Notes: generated from the letters alone by a model not told the origin. DNA of 50,067 nt from Ruminiclostridium sp. (GCA_045579125.1 JAZNLN010000185.1:1-50067); one strand, 5' to 3'. Shown: positions 27,312 to 36,996, numbered from the stretch's first letter. Made by a program: numbers and translations.

Positions 27312-29456
27312 TTACGAGCTTTTGGATTTAGTCCAGTTCTTCGCATTTGCAACCGCAAGCACGAACGTAATCGCAACAACTACGAACGAAAGGATTAAAT
27401 CCTGATAGAAACGGTCCATAATGCCGTATTCATTCTTTAAATTCCATGTTTCGATAAGTCCGTCAGACTTGAGATGGTCGTATGCGTCGTCGTAGCAAAG
27501 AACATACTTAAATCCGTCAAGTATTCCTATTTCGCCCCACTGCTTGCCGAAGTAAGCCTGAAGCGTATCGTCAGTGCGCTGTGACTCATCAAGAAGCATA
27601 TACTCGCAAACCGCAATGCTTTCGTTTTTGAATTCATCGCTGCGGGTGCGGATAGTATCAAACACCGCAAGGCCTGTATAGCCTATAACAGACACGCCCG
27701 TAAAGACTATCGCCATAATAAACGAAACAATAACGCCCTTTGTATCGAAATATCTTCCTATTTTCTGATAACCTGTTACAACCGAGAAGGAAAGGAAAAT
27801 ACCCATTATGTAGCCGAGAGTGTCAAGTGTAAGGTCCTTATAAAGCATAAAGCCTACGAAAATCCACGCCGCCGAAGCAATAAGGCCGAAAATAATCGTG
27901 CCGATAAATCCGAGAATAAAATTCGATGTAGCCGCAACGCTCTTGGGTTTGAGGAATTCTTCGTTCTTTCCGCTTGCCTGCGTGAGCTTGTTGATTTCGT
28001 TGTCGGACTTACTCTTGTAGCCAACCTCACGCTCCATCATAATATCAAGGTTTTTGGTGCTTCCCGAATAGGATTTAAGCGCCTCGTGCAGACCGCCGTT
28101 GTCAACCATTGACTCAACCTTGACGCCCGATTTGGGCTCTGCGGGAGCGGCAGTTTCCTCTGCCATGTTTTCTACAAGCTTTGTTATATCATTTTCATCC
28201 TCTGTTTTCTTCTTGGTCATGAGAGGATGATAAAATGCGCCGTTTTCGTCAACCTTTTTATCGGGGGAATAGCCTGCAGGGAGGACATTTCCCGACCTGG
28301 TAGTTATTGTTCCCGCATCCTTGGGAGCGACCATTGCCTCTGTTTTTACATCCGCAACAGCAGGGGCAGGCTTTTCAGCAACAGGAGCCGCAGCGGGTTT
28401 TTCTTCAACCTTTTCGGGAGCTACGGGCTTGAGCACTTCGGATAAATCGGGGAGCGTTTCTGCCTTTGGCACGCTCTTTTCGGGCTTTGCCGCAGGAGCA
28501 GGCTTGCTCTCAACAGGCGTAAGCATTTCCTCAAAAGCGATTTCCTGCATAGCGGGCCGGGGAGCCGCTTTAGGTGCGGGAGCTGCGTGCTCTTCGGGCT
28601 CGGCAGGCTTTTCGCTCACAGGTGTAAGCAGTTCGGAAAGGTCAGGCATTTCATCCTTAGGAGCGGGAGCTGCCTCGGGGACGGGCTCTGTCGCTTTGGG
28701 AGCCTCAACAAACTCGGGTTTCTTTTCTTCCATGACGGGAGCGGGAGCCTCGGGAGCTGCTTCTGTTTTGCTTTCGGTCAGTTCGGGAAGAATGTCATCC
28801 TCAAGAGAAACTGACTCGAAACGTTCCATATCGGGCTTTTCGTCCTCGTGCTTGGACATGGGGAGAACTGCCTCGTCGCCCGACGAAGAAATATCGTCAT
28901 CAGAGCCCTCCGACGGAATAAGGTCGGAAAGGTCGAATATATCAACGCTGCTTGCAGGCTTGGACTCTGCGGGTTTCTGTGCAGGAACGCCGGGAGCCTC
29001 AAACACCTTTGCCCTGCCGTGCTTGCAGTCGTTACAGATAAGGAAAGCCTTATCCCTGTCATGGTCAAGGAATATATCAATCTCATCGCCGCACTTTGAA
29101 CAGCAGGAGATATACATATTCTCGGCAAGCCATTTAGCAAGGTCTTTTACGAAAATATTAAGATTTACAGTATTAAGGCCGGTGTTTGCCTCTTTTTTGA
29201 TTGTGCATGTAAGAGTATATTTTTCAAGCTTGAAATCAGACAGATAGCGTCTTTTTTCCTTGCATTCATCAAGGAAGTCAACTACCTTGCCTATGCTCTT
29301 TTCATCCTTTATCCATGTAAACACATAATAGCAGAGATTTTCCATATCTTCCTTGACAACAAAGGAAAAATCATTATGCGTTACGAACAATTCCTTATTT
29401 CGCTGGTCATAACTGAACGGCGTACCGTATTCAATTAACTCGATATCTGATGTCAT
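27312..29456 (-). CDS. Hypothetical Zn-ribbon plus long P/A/E-rich linker plus multi-TM membrane protein (714 aa)
   Basis: CCSKCG...ICNDC; ~350-aa low-complexity acidic/Pro linker; C-terminal TM helices; RBS AGGAGG. Confidence 0.85.
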   Translation of the reverse strand: MTSDIELIEYGTPFSYDQRNKELFVTHNDFSFVVKEDMENLCYYVFTWIKDEKSIGKVVDFLDECKEKRRYLSDFKLEKYTLTCTIKKEANTGLNTVNLNIFVKDLAKWLAENMYISCCSKCGDEIDIFLDHDRDKAFLICNDCKHGRAKVFEAPGVPAQKPAESKPASSVDIFDLSDLIPSEGSDDDISSSGDEAVLPMSKHEDEKPDMERFESVSLEDDILPELTESKTEAAPEAPAPVMEEKKPEFVEAPKATEPVPEAAPAPKDEMPDLSELLTPVSEKPAEPEEHAAPAPKAAPRPAMQEIAFEEMLTPVESKPAPAAKPEKSVPKAETLPDLSEVLKPVAPEKVEEKPAAAPVAEKPAPAVADVKTEAMVAPKDAGTITTRSGNVLPAGYSPDKKVDENGAFYHPLMTKKKTEDENDITKLVENMAEETAAPAEPKSGVKVESMVDNGGLHEALKSYSGSTKNLDIMMEREVGYKSKSDNEINKLTQASGKNEEFLKPKSVAATSNFILGFIGTIIFGLIASAAWIFVGFMLYKDLTLDTLGYIMGIFLSFSVVTGYQKIGRYFDTKGVIVSFIMAIVFTGVSVIGYTGLAVFDTIRTRSDEFKNESIAVCEYMLLDESQRTDDTLQAYFGKQWGEIGILDGFKYVLCYDDAYDHLKSDGLIETWNLKNEYGIMDRFYQDLILSFVVVAITFVLAVANAKNWTKSKSS

Positions 29457-29536
29457 ATCTCCTCCTGATTAAGGGACCCTTGCGGCACCGATTTCTATGT
29501 CTGCAAATGTATATATTTACAGTATACCACTTTTCA

Positions 29537-29565
29537 ATTATATCACAAAACTCTGTCAATGTCAA
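29537..29565 (-). promoter_or_regulatory. Consensus SigA promoter
   Basis: TTGACA-N17-TATAAT with extended -10 TG. Confidence 0.8.
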
Positions 29566-29636
29566 CGAACTTTGTTGAGCATATATTACAAATATTGATA
29601 AATCTATTTGTTATATATAACAACTATGAGATAAGA

Positions 29637-29672
29637 AAAAAACAAGGTATCGAATTACGATACCTTGTATTT
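29637..29672 (-). terminator. rpsT terminator
   Basis: ACAAGGTATCG-aatta-CGATACCTTGT, with a T run on the minus strand. Confidence 0.8.
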
Positions 29673-29681
29673 CAGCTTTTA

Positions 29682-29927
29682 TTACGCAGTAGCGTTAGCC
29701 TTCTTTGTAAGCTTGGACTTGAGACGAGCAGCCTTGTTCTTATGAATAAGACCCTTACCTGCAGCCTTGTCAAGCTTCTGAACTGTTGCAGCAACAGTTG
29801 CATCTGTTGCACCTTCAGCTCTTGCAGCCTTGATAGCTGTTTTAAGCTGTGTTCTTGCAGCCTTGTTTGCAGCGTTTCTATCCTTTGCGATTAAAACTCT
29901 TTTCTTTGCAGACTTAATGTTCGGCAC
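29682..29927 (-). CDS. rpsT: 30S ribosomal protein S20
   Basis: MPNIKSAKKRV...LDKAAGKGLIHKNKAARLKSKL; GTG start, RBS AAGGAGGT; promoter TTGCAT-N17-TATAAT at 30014-29986. Confidence 0.98.
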   Translation of the reverse strand: MPNIKSAKKRVLIAKDRNAANKAARTQLKTAIKAARAEGATDATVAATVQKLDKAAGKGLIHKNKAARLKSKLTKKANATA

Positions 29928-30049
29928 GATTTTGCACCTCCTTTAAATATCATGTGTATATAATTAGTATTTTACAGTACGATATATTATAACATACATT
30001 TTCAGAAAATGCAATACCTTTTTATTATTTTTTATTTTTTGGAGGATTT

Positions 30050-30826
30050 ATGAAAAGAACCGACCTAATGTGTGAAATTGCTGATAAAAATGAATATAAA
30101 GATATTATTTCCTCGGAAAAATACTCTGTTTTCGGCTGCGCAGTAACCGATATTCTGTCTAAGGCGGAGCACCCGCCCAAGGGCAGGTATATCACCATAG
30201 AATGCGGCGAAAACGATGAGCAGCTGACGCTTGCCGCAGCGAAGCTCCTCAAGGAAATGCTGTGCGGCGGAAAATTTCTCGTTGCGGGGCTCGGAAACTC
30301 CGAAATAACATCAGACAGCCTCGGAGCAAACGCACTCCGACACATCCCCCCTACCGCACACCTTTCCTCCGCAGACGATTTCAGAGAACTCGGACTAAAC
30401 GAAATATACACTGTTGAAACGGGCGTTATGGGACAGACGGGACTTGAAAGCGCATTTCAGCTCAAAATTCTCTGCGACGGAATAAAGCCCGACGCAGTCA
30501 TAGCGATAGACGCACTCGCCTGCGGGAGCGTGGAGCGGTTATGCAGGACTATTCAGCTGACCGATACGGGAATATCCCCCGGCAGCGGCGTCGGCAACAA
30601 CAGAAAGGAGCTGTCAGAATACACTCTCGGCGTGCCTGTGATAGCAATAGGCGTGCCGACGGTCATCGACCTCGATTCGCTGTGCGACGGAGGCGGAAAT
30701 TTAATGGTCGCACCAAGAAATATCGACGCAGAAATCAAACGCTTTGCACAAATAACAGGACGAGCCGTCAGAAAAGCGCTCCTCCCGACCTTAACCGACA
30801 GAGAGGCGGAAATGCTGTTATTCTAA
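30050..30826 (+). CDS. gpr: Spore germination protease GPR
   Basis: RTDL N-terminus, GLGN..ITSDSLG, GVMGQTGLE, IAIDALA, DTGISPGSGVGN, IAIGVPTV; conserved rpsT-gpr-spoIIP synteny. Confidence 0.92.
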   Translation: MKRTDLMCEIADKNEYKDIISSEKYSVFGCAVTDILSKAEHPPKGRYITIECGENDEQLTLAAAKLLKEMLCGGKFLVAGLGNSEITSDSLGANALRHIPPTAHLSSADDFRELGLNEIYTVETGVMGQTGLESAFQLKILCDGIKPDAVIAIDALACGSVERLCRTIQLTDTGISPGSGVGNNRKELSEYTLGVPVIAIGVPTVIDLDSLCDGGGNLMVAPRNIDAEIKRFAQITGRAVRKALLPTLTDREAEMLLF

Positions 30827-30891
30827 AATCCCGCCGCACCTCATAAAATCAATGTATAAGCGGAAATAAAACAGAAAAGAAAGGAAAAAAT

Positions 30892-32058
30892 ATGGTTATA
30901 AAAATCAACAGAAGAAAAGCCGTTAAAATTGCACTTCTTGCGCTTGCGGTCGTCGTTTCTCCGTTCGCCGCAGGAAAAGCGGTCGAATATGCACCGCACG
31001 CAATGGCGCTTATGTCAGCCGCCGCAAAGCTAACGTATTCCGCAAACCCTGTAATAAACAGCGGTCAGCTGATACTGTACGTTCCCGAAAAAATGCCCGG
31101 AACGGAACAGCCCGAGCAAACAGCCCCTCCTCAGACAGCCCCCGCTGTTACCGAGCCTCCTGTCACGGAGCCTCCCCTGCCGACGGCAGAAGAACTGCTC
31201 CTTACGGAAAATCTCTCGGATGTCCGTGAGGACCTCACCGTTTTTTCGGCGGCAAGCGGAAACGTAGCAAATGACACTTATCAGAACTATAACGGAACCG
31301 ACTTCATAACCCTCGACAGCGGAGGTCAGGTGTGGAACTGCACGGAGCTGACACCTGAGCAAATCATCTCCGAAAGCGTAATAAAACCCGATTTCGAAAT
31401 AGAGACATATACGACCGCTCCGCAGGTGCTGATAATGCACACGCACACGCACGAAAGCTATCAGATTGACAGCCGCAGCTACTATGACGAAAGCTACACC
31501 TGCCGCAGCGCAGACCCGACGCAGAGCGTGGTAGCAGTTGGCTCGGCTATTGCACAGTCGCTCGCAGAAAACGGAATATGTGTGCTTCATGACGGCACCG
31601 TTCACGACGATACATACAACGGCGCATACGCCCGCAGTGCCGAAACCGTAAGGAAAATACTTGCGGAATATCCCTCAATCAGAGTTGTTCTCGACATTCA
31701 CCGTGACGCTGTTGAGGAGCCCGACGGAACACGGGTAGCCCTCGTCAGCGAAATCGACGGAAAACAGGCGGCGCAGGTCATGATAATCTCCGCCGCAGAC
31801 AACGGCACCTACGATATGCCTCTGTACCTGGAGAATTTTCACTTTGCATGTGCTCTGCAAAACCAGCTTGAATCCGATTACAGCGGTCTTGCAAGACCTG
31901 TCCTTTTCCAGTACTGCCAGTATAATCAGCACTTGTCCACAGGTTCTCTGCTTATCGAAGTCGGCTCGCACGGAAACACCCTTGAGCAGGCGGTATACAG
32001 CGGAAAGCTTATCGGAGAATGCCTCGCACGGCTGCTTGGCGGGTATGCGGAGGAATAA
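30892..32058 (+). CDS. spoIIP: Stage II sporulation amidase SpoIIP
   Basis: TM anchor, Pro/Thr linker, MHTHTHESY, LDIHRD, YNQHL, LLIEVGSHGNT; upstream SigE-like TCTAAA...CATAAAAT (30822-30849). Confidence 0.93.
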   Translation: MVIKINRRKAVKIALLALAVVVSPFAAGKAVEYAPHAMALMSAAAKLTYSANPVINSGQLILYVPEKMPGTEQPEQTAPPQTAPAVTEPPVTEPPLPTAEELLLTENLSDVREDLTVFSAASGNVANDTYQNYNGTDFITLDSGGQVWNCTELTPEQIISESVIKPDFEIETYTTAPQVLIMHTHTHESYQIDSRSYYDESYTCRSADPTQSVVAVGSAIAQSLAENGICVLHDGTVHDDTYNGAYARSAETVRKILAEYPSIRVVLDIHRDAVEEPDGTRVALVSEIDGKQAAQVMIISAADNGTYDMPLYLENFHFACALQNQLESDYSGLARPVLFQYCQYNQHLSTGSLLIEVGSHGNTLEQAVYSGKLIGECLARLLGGYAEE

Positions 32059-32061
32059 TAG

Positions 32062-32102
32062 AAAACGGCCTTCGGCACTGCTGCCGAAAGCCGTTATTTT
32101 TT
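32062..32102. terminator. Bidirectional terminator
   Basis: AACGGCCTTCGGCA-ctgc-TGCCGAAAGCCGTT-ATTTTT. Confidence 0.7.
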
Positions 32103-32170
32103 CAAATCTGTGTCATCGAAAACGCTTCTGCATATAATAATCACAGGAGCACGCCGATATGACGCTGTTA

Positions 32171-32653
32171 TCAGCCCTTGAGCGCAACTATGTTCATAGT
32201 AAGCTTGCCGTTTCCGTCAATGTTGATAACGCCGTAGGAGGGTCTGTTCTTGCCTCTCGGAGAATCAACCGCACCGGGATTCATTATGTAAATTCCGTCG
32301 GAAAGCTCGGTTCTATACATATGGGTATGACCGTAAAGCGCTATTTTGCAGTCGCAGCTTTTCGCTGTGTTGATAAGCTGCTGAAGGCCGTCCTGTACTC
32401 CGTGCTCGTGACCGTGAACGCAGAGAAGACGGAAACCGCCTGCCTCAATAATAGCCTCGTTCTTGTTTTCGGAGAAGTCAGCCTCGCCCTTTACGAAATA
32501 AAACTTTTTCTGGGGGAAAAGATTGGCAACATCTATAAATTCATGCTCGCCGTCGCCGAGGTGAATAAAAATGTCGGCGTCAAGATTTCTCTCGACAATT
32601 CCCTTATACTTTTGAAACTCCTTATGAGTATCAGCTACAACAATAACCTTCAT
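32171..32653 (-). CDS. YfcE/YsnB-family metallophosphoesterase
   Basis: ADTH, HLGD, VHGH, YGHTH, MNPG motifs; the usual GN motif reads KGEAD here. Confidence 0.88.
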   Translation of the reverse strand: MKVIVVADTHKEFQKYKGIVERNLDADIFIHLGDGEHEFIDVANLFPQKKFYFVKGEADFSENKNEAIIEAGGFRLLCVHGHEHGVQDGLQQLINTAKSCDCKIALYGHTHMYRTELSDGIYIMNPGAVDSPRGKNRPSYGVINIDGNGKLTMNIVALKG

Positions 32654-32948
32654 ACTAAACCCCTAATTATTTTTTTGCCCATCAGGACCGAAATGCCCGT
32701 GATGCTCCACTTCATCATACAACAGCATTATTTTAATATATTATATCACATCACACATATATAAGTCAAATATAAAAGTGTATAAATTTATTGGTGATTT
32801 TTTATAAAAAATGTTAATAACACTACTCGTTTAAAACACTGTTTGGTCATTTTAAACATTACAGTAATAAAAAACCCAAAAACTTCATATCTTTAAAGGA
32901 GACCGCAGTCCACGGCAGCTCCTTTTAAAGGGAAAGGACGGTCACGCT

Positions 32949-33176
32949 ATGAACAGCAACATGGAAAAAATGATTGAGGCGGCGAGCAAAAAGCTCGGAA
33001 CAAGCCCCGACAGCCTTAAATCCGCCCTGAACAGCGGGAACACCGAGGAGATACTGTCACGGCTTTCCGACTCGGACAAGGAAAAACTGAACGCTTTGCT
33101 GAAAAACCCCGCACTGCGGGAAAAGCTGATGAAAAGTCCTGAGGCGGAGAAGATAATACGAATGATGAAAAAATAG
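32949..33176 (+). CDS. Small helical hypothetical protein (75 aa)
   Basis: RBS AAAGGA; first of three co-oriented genes behind a SigE-like promoter. Confidence 0.75.
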   Translation: MNSNMEKMIEAASKKLGTSPDSLKSALNSGNTEEILSRLSDSDKEKLNALLKNPALREKLMKSPEAEKIIRMMKK

Positions 33177-33191
33177 CAAAGGGGCGGTGTT

Positions 33192-33497
33192 ATGTCGGAT
33201 TTTGACTCCATAAGCGATATTATCGGGCAGATGTTTTCGTCAGACTCGGAGGAAAAAAGTGAAAACAGCGGCGACGGCGGTCTGTTCGGAAATATCGACA
33301 TCGACACAATTCTGAAAATCGGCGAAATAATGTCAAAGCTCAGCGAAACCGACAAGAACACCGAACTGCTGCTTGCGCTGAAACCGCATCTTTCCAAGGA
33401 AAACCAAGACAAGGTTGACAAGGCGCTCATGTTTTTGAAGATAATGACAATCCTGCCGCTGCTGAAAGAAAGCGGACTGCTCGACAAGCTGTTCTGA
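33192..33497 (+). CDS. Hypothetical protein (101 aa)
   Basis: Acidic N-terminus, then LLLALKPHLS..QDKVDKAL helical motif; co-oriented with neighbours. Confidence 0.78.
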   Translation: MSDFDSISDIIGQMFSSDSEEKSENSGDGGLFGNIDIDTILKIGEIMSKLSETDKNTELLLALKPHLSKENQDKVDKALMFLKIMTILPLLKESGLLDKLF

Positions 33498-33531
33498 TAC
33501 GGCGCATTATCACATTCTACGGGAGGTACAT

Positions 33532-34044
33532 ATGAATACAGTCAATTACAGCAAATCCGAATTGGAAAGAATGCAGAAGGAATACCTGAAACAGGCGATG
33601 GAAATGGCGAGCCGTTCAAGCTCCGACCCGAGCGAGGAAACGCAAATCGTGAAATCCGACGGTAAAATCGACGAAGCCGAAGCTCCCGAGGTAAGCACGT
33701 CCTCCGACAGCGTGCGCGGCGAGAGCTCGCCCGACAGCGGCTTTCCCGAAGCAGACGGCAGCGTGAGCGGCGAGGATAACTCCGAAGAAGAAGAATCGCC
33801 TTCCTCCGACAACACCGAAAACGAAGCAGAAAACAAGGAGGAAAAGAACGAAGACTTGTTTCCTGCTGTCAGCGCTGATATATCTTCTGACGGAGCTGTG
33901 AAAAATGCGAAAGAAGTTATCGCCGATATCAGCGAAAGCGTCGCCCTGCTCGGCAAGTCAGACGGCGAGGCGGTTATGAGTGCGTCCGAAATTCCGCCGC
34001 CCTCCTTCGGCGATTTCATCGAAAAGCACAACAGACGTGTATGA
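33532..34044 (+). CDS. Acidic Ser/Glu-rich, largely disordered protein (170 aa)
   Basis: RBS GGGAGGT; N-terminal helix ELERMQKEYLKQAMEM, then a low-complexity region. Confidence 0.75.
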   Translation: MNTVNYSKSELERMQKEYLKQAMEMASRSSSDPSEETQIVKSDGKIDEAEAPEVSTSSDSVRGESSPDSGFPEADGSVSGEDNSEEEESPSSDNTENEAENKEEKNEDLFPAVSADISSDGAVKNAKEVIADISESVALLGKSDGEAVMSASEIPPPSFGDFIEKHNRRV

Positions 34045-34124
34045 GCTTTGCAAGAGTGCTGAAATATGCAGAGAAAAACAGCGATTTTCTGATAATAACC
34101 GCACTTTTCTTCATCCTGCAAAAA

Positions 34125-34151
34125 GAAAAAGCAGACCGAAGTCTGCTTTTT
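34125..34151. terminator. Bidirectional terminator
   Basis: AAAAAGCAGAC-cgaa-GTCTGCTTTTT. Confidence 0.8.
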
Positions 34152-34171
34152 GCGCTGTTATTTATCGTCGC

Positions 34172-35311
34172 CTAAACACGCCGCTTGAAATCCTCGTAGC
34201 CAAAGCTTTTAACAAGCTCGACCCCGCTTTCCGTCATGAGATAAATCGACGGAAGCGCCATTCCGTTGAACGTGTTGTTCTTCACCATTGAATAAATCGC
34301 CATATCCTCGAAAATCAGCTTATCGCCGATTTCAAGCGGCTTATCAAACGAATAATCGCCGATTATATCCCCCGCAAGGCAGGTATTTCCGCCGAGGCGG
34401 TAGGTGTGCGGCTTTTCGCCCGCTTCGCCGCTTCCTATTATGTTGGGGCGGTAAGGCATTTCAAGCACATCGGGCATATGACACGCCGCCGAGGCGTCAA
34501 TAATGGCGATATTTCCGCCGTTTTCGGATATTTCAAGAACGCTTGAAGCGAGATAACCCGCATTCAGTGCGACCGCTTCGCCGGGCTCAATATAAACCTC
34601 TGCTCCGTATTTTTCACGAATACGGAGTATACATTTTTTCAGCGTTTCTATGTCGTAATCCTTGCGTGTTATATGATGTCCGCCGCCGAAATTCACCCAT
34701 TTCATCCTCGGAAGATATTCTCCGAATTTCTCCTCAACTGCCGCAAGAGTTATTTCCAGTGCGTCGCTGTTCTGCTCGCAGAGAGTGTGAAAATGCAGGC
34801 CGTCAATGCCGTCAAGCCCGTATTTTTCTGCGCCATCCCTGAAATTCTTCAGCGTCACGCCAAGACGTGACATCGGCGCACAGGGGTCGTAAATGGCGTG
34901 TCCCTCCTGCGTGGAGCATTCGGGATTTATGCGTATTCCGCAGCTCACTCCCGCCGCCGACGCCTTATCCCTGAATTTTACCCATTGCGAAAAACTGTTG
35001 AATACGATATGGTCGCAGATTTTTAATATCTCGTCAAACTCGCTGTCGATGTATGCGGGCGAGAAAATGTGGTTTTCGCCTTTCATCTCCTCGTACCCCA
35101 GCCGTGCCTCGTACAGTCCGCTCGCAGTTGCACCGCTTATGTATCGGCGTATCGTAGGATATGTGTAGTAGCAGCTGTAACACTTCTGCGCCAGCAGGAC
35201 GTGACAGCCCGTGCTTTTTTCAAGCCCGGAGAGAATTTCAAGATTTTCAATCAGCTTTTTTTCGTCAATCACATAGCAAGGAGTCGGCAGATTGTATATT
35301 TCCTTATTCAT
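34172..35311 (-). CDS. nspC: Carboxynorspermidine/carboxyspermidine decarboxylase
   Basis: TPCYVIDE, LLAQK, YDPCAPMSRLG, GLHFHTLCEQ, NFGGGHHIT, EPGEA, HMPDVLEMPYRP, CLAGD. Confidence 0.95.
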   Translation of the reverse strand: MNKEIYNLPTPCYVIDEKKLIENLEILSGLEKSTGCHVLLAQKCYSCYYTYPTIRRYISGATASGLYEARLGYEEMKGENHIFSPAYIDSEFDEILKICDHIVFNSFSQWVKFRDKASAAGVSCGIRINPECSTQEGHAIYDPCAPMSRLGVTLKNFRDGAEKYGLDGIDGLHFHTLCEQNSDALEITLAAVEEKFGEYLPRMKWVNFGGGHHITRKDYDIETLKKCILRIREKYGAEVYIEPGEAVALNAGYLASSVLEISENGGNIAIIDASAACHMPDVLEMPYRPNIIGSGEAGEKPHTYRLGGNTCLAGDIIGDYSFDKPLEIGDKLIFEDMAIYSMVKNNTFNGMALPSIYLMTESGVELVKSFGYEDFKRRV

Positions 35312-35780
35312 CGGTTTCCTCCTGCGGAAAAACGAGCTGCATTTCCTGATAATGCAGAGTGTTTCCGTTTCCTATGTCATAATCGACCTCGGCAGTTACC
35401 GTATATCCACGCTTGACGTACATGCCGAACGCAGGGACAGAACTGTCAAGCTTTACGCTGTCATACTCGTCGGCAATAAGCTGCTCGGCGAAATTCATAA
35501 GCTCTCCGCCGTATCCCCTGCCCTGAAACGCAGGCAGAACGAACAGCCTGTAAACGCCGTTGCTTTTTACCGTTACGGTTCCGACCGCTCCGTCGCTGTC
35601 AAGAATATAGACGCAGCCCGCCGCTATGTCGGATATAATTTTTTCCTTGCTGTGGTGAGCAAGGAAAAAATCAGTCTGGGGCTGTGTGTAATGCCTCGGA
35701 TATATCTCGGAAATTGTCGCCGACACGATATTCATAACCGTATCAAGCTGTTTTTCCGACGCTTTTGTTATCTTCATCAT
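35304..35780 (-). CDS. GNAT family N-acetyltransferase
   Basis: RLFVLPAFQGRGYGGEL motif A; overlaps both neighbours. Confidence 0.87.
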   Translation of the reverse strand: MMKITKASEKQLDTVMNIVSATISEIYPRHYTQPQTDFFLAHHSKEKIISDIAAGCVYILDSDGAVGTVTVKSNGVYRLFVLPAFQGRGYGGELMNFAEQLIADEYDSVKLDSSVPAFGMYVKRGYTVTAEVDYDIGNGNTLHYQEMQLVFPQEETDE

Positions 35781-36979
35781 TCAACCTCAACAGGGTTAAA
35801 GCTTTCCTTCCAGGGAAGGCCCCACTTGTTGAGCGCATCCATGAACGGATCGGGGTCAAATTCTTCGATGTTATATACGCCTGCGCCGCTCCATGTGCCT
35901 GTCATAAGCATCATTGCGCCAATCATTGCGGGAACGCCCGTCGTGTAGGAAATGGCCTGCGAGCCTACTTCCTTGTAGCATTCCTGATGGTCGCAGATAT
36001 TATATACATAGTAATTTACTTCCTTGCCGTCCTTCTTGCCCTTCATAATGCAGCCGATGTTTGTCTTGCCGACTGTTCTCGGGCCGAGACTTGCGGGGTC
36101 GGGCAGAACTGCCTTGAGGAACTGGAGCGGGACAATCTGCTTGCCCTCGAACTCGATAGGCTCGATTGAGGTCATGCCGACATTTTCAAGGCACTTGAGA
36201 TGAGTAAGATAGCTCTGTCCGAAGGTCATGAAGAAACGGATTCTCTTTATTCCCTTGATGTTTATGCCGAGGCTTTCAAGCTCCTCGTGGTGCAGGAGGT
36301 ACATATCCTTTTCGCCCACGCCCTCGAAATTGTAAACACGCTTGATTTCCATAGGCTCGGTTTCAACCCATTTTCCGTCCTCCCAGTAGCTGCCCTTTGC
36401 GCTTACCTCACGGATATTGATTTCGGGGTTGAAGTTGGTTGCGAACGGATAACCGTGATCGCCGCCGTTGCAGTCAAGAATGTCAATGTAGTTGATTTCG
36501 TCAAAATAATGCTTCTGTGCATATGCGCAGAATACGCCTGTTACGCCGGGGTCGAAGCCGCTGCCGAGGAGTGCGGTGATACCCGCCTTTTCAAAACGCT
36601 CCTTATACGCCCACTGCCACTTGTACTCGAACTTTGCGGTATCCAGCGGCTCATAGTTCGCCGTGTCGACATAGTGAGTCTTTGTTGCGAGGCATGCGTC
36701 CATGATCGTAAGGTCCTGATAAGGAAGAGCGAGATTGAGGACAACCTGCGGCTTAAACTCGTTGATAAGCGCAATGAGCTCGTCAACGTTGTCGGCATCT
36801 ACCTGCGCTGTGTGGATAATGGTCTTTGTCTTGCCCTCAAGCTCTGCCTTGAGCTTATCGCACTTTGACTTTGTGCGGCTTGCTATCATAATCTCGCTGA
36901 AAACCTCGCTGTTCTGACAGCACTTGTGAACTGCAACGGAAGCAACTCCGCCGCATCCGATAATCATACATTTTCCCAT
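35777..36979 (-). CDS. Carboxynorspermidine/carboxyspermidine dehydrogenase (saccharopine dehydrogenase family)
   Basis: IIGCGGVA Rossmann motif, NLALPYQDLTIMDAC, GSGFDPG, FATNFNPEIN, QAISYTTGVPA; near nspC. Confidence 0.93.
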   Translation of the reverse strand: MGKCMIIGCGGVASVAVHKCCQNSEVFSEIMIASRTKSKCDKLKAELEGKTKTIIHTAQVDADNVDELIALINEFKPQVVLNLALPYQDLTIMDACLATKTHYVDTANYEPLDTAKFEYKWQWAYKERFEKAGITALLGSGFDPGVTGVFCAYAQKHYFDEINYIDILDCNGGDHGYPFATNFNPEINIREVSAKGSYWEDGKWVETEPMEIKRVYNFEGVGEKDMYLLHHEELESLGINIKGIKRIRFFMTFGQSYLTHLKCLENVGMTSIEPIEFEGKQIVPLQFLKAVLPDPASLGPRTVGKTNIGCIMKGKKDGKEVNYYVYNICDHQECYKEVGSQAISYTTGVPAMIGAMMLMTGTWSGAGVYNIEEFDPDPFMDALNKWGLPWKESFNPVEVE

Positions 36980-36996
36980 AATTTTTAATTCCTTTC

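Noticed and set aside
28321-29247. 308-aa Ser/Gly/Ala-rich plus-strand ORF
   Set aside because: Mirror of the low-complexity Pro/Ala/Glu linker on the coding strand.
32134-32160. GCCGATAT resembling a SigD -10 box
   Set aside because: No proper TAAA at the right spacing, and it points antisense into the phosphoesterase gene.
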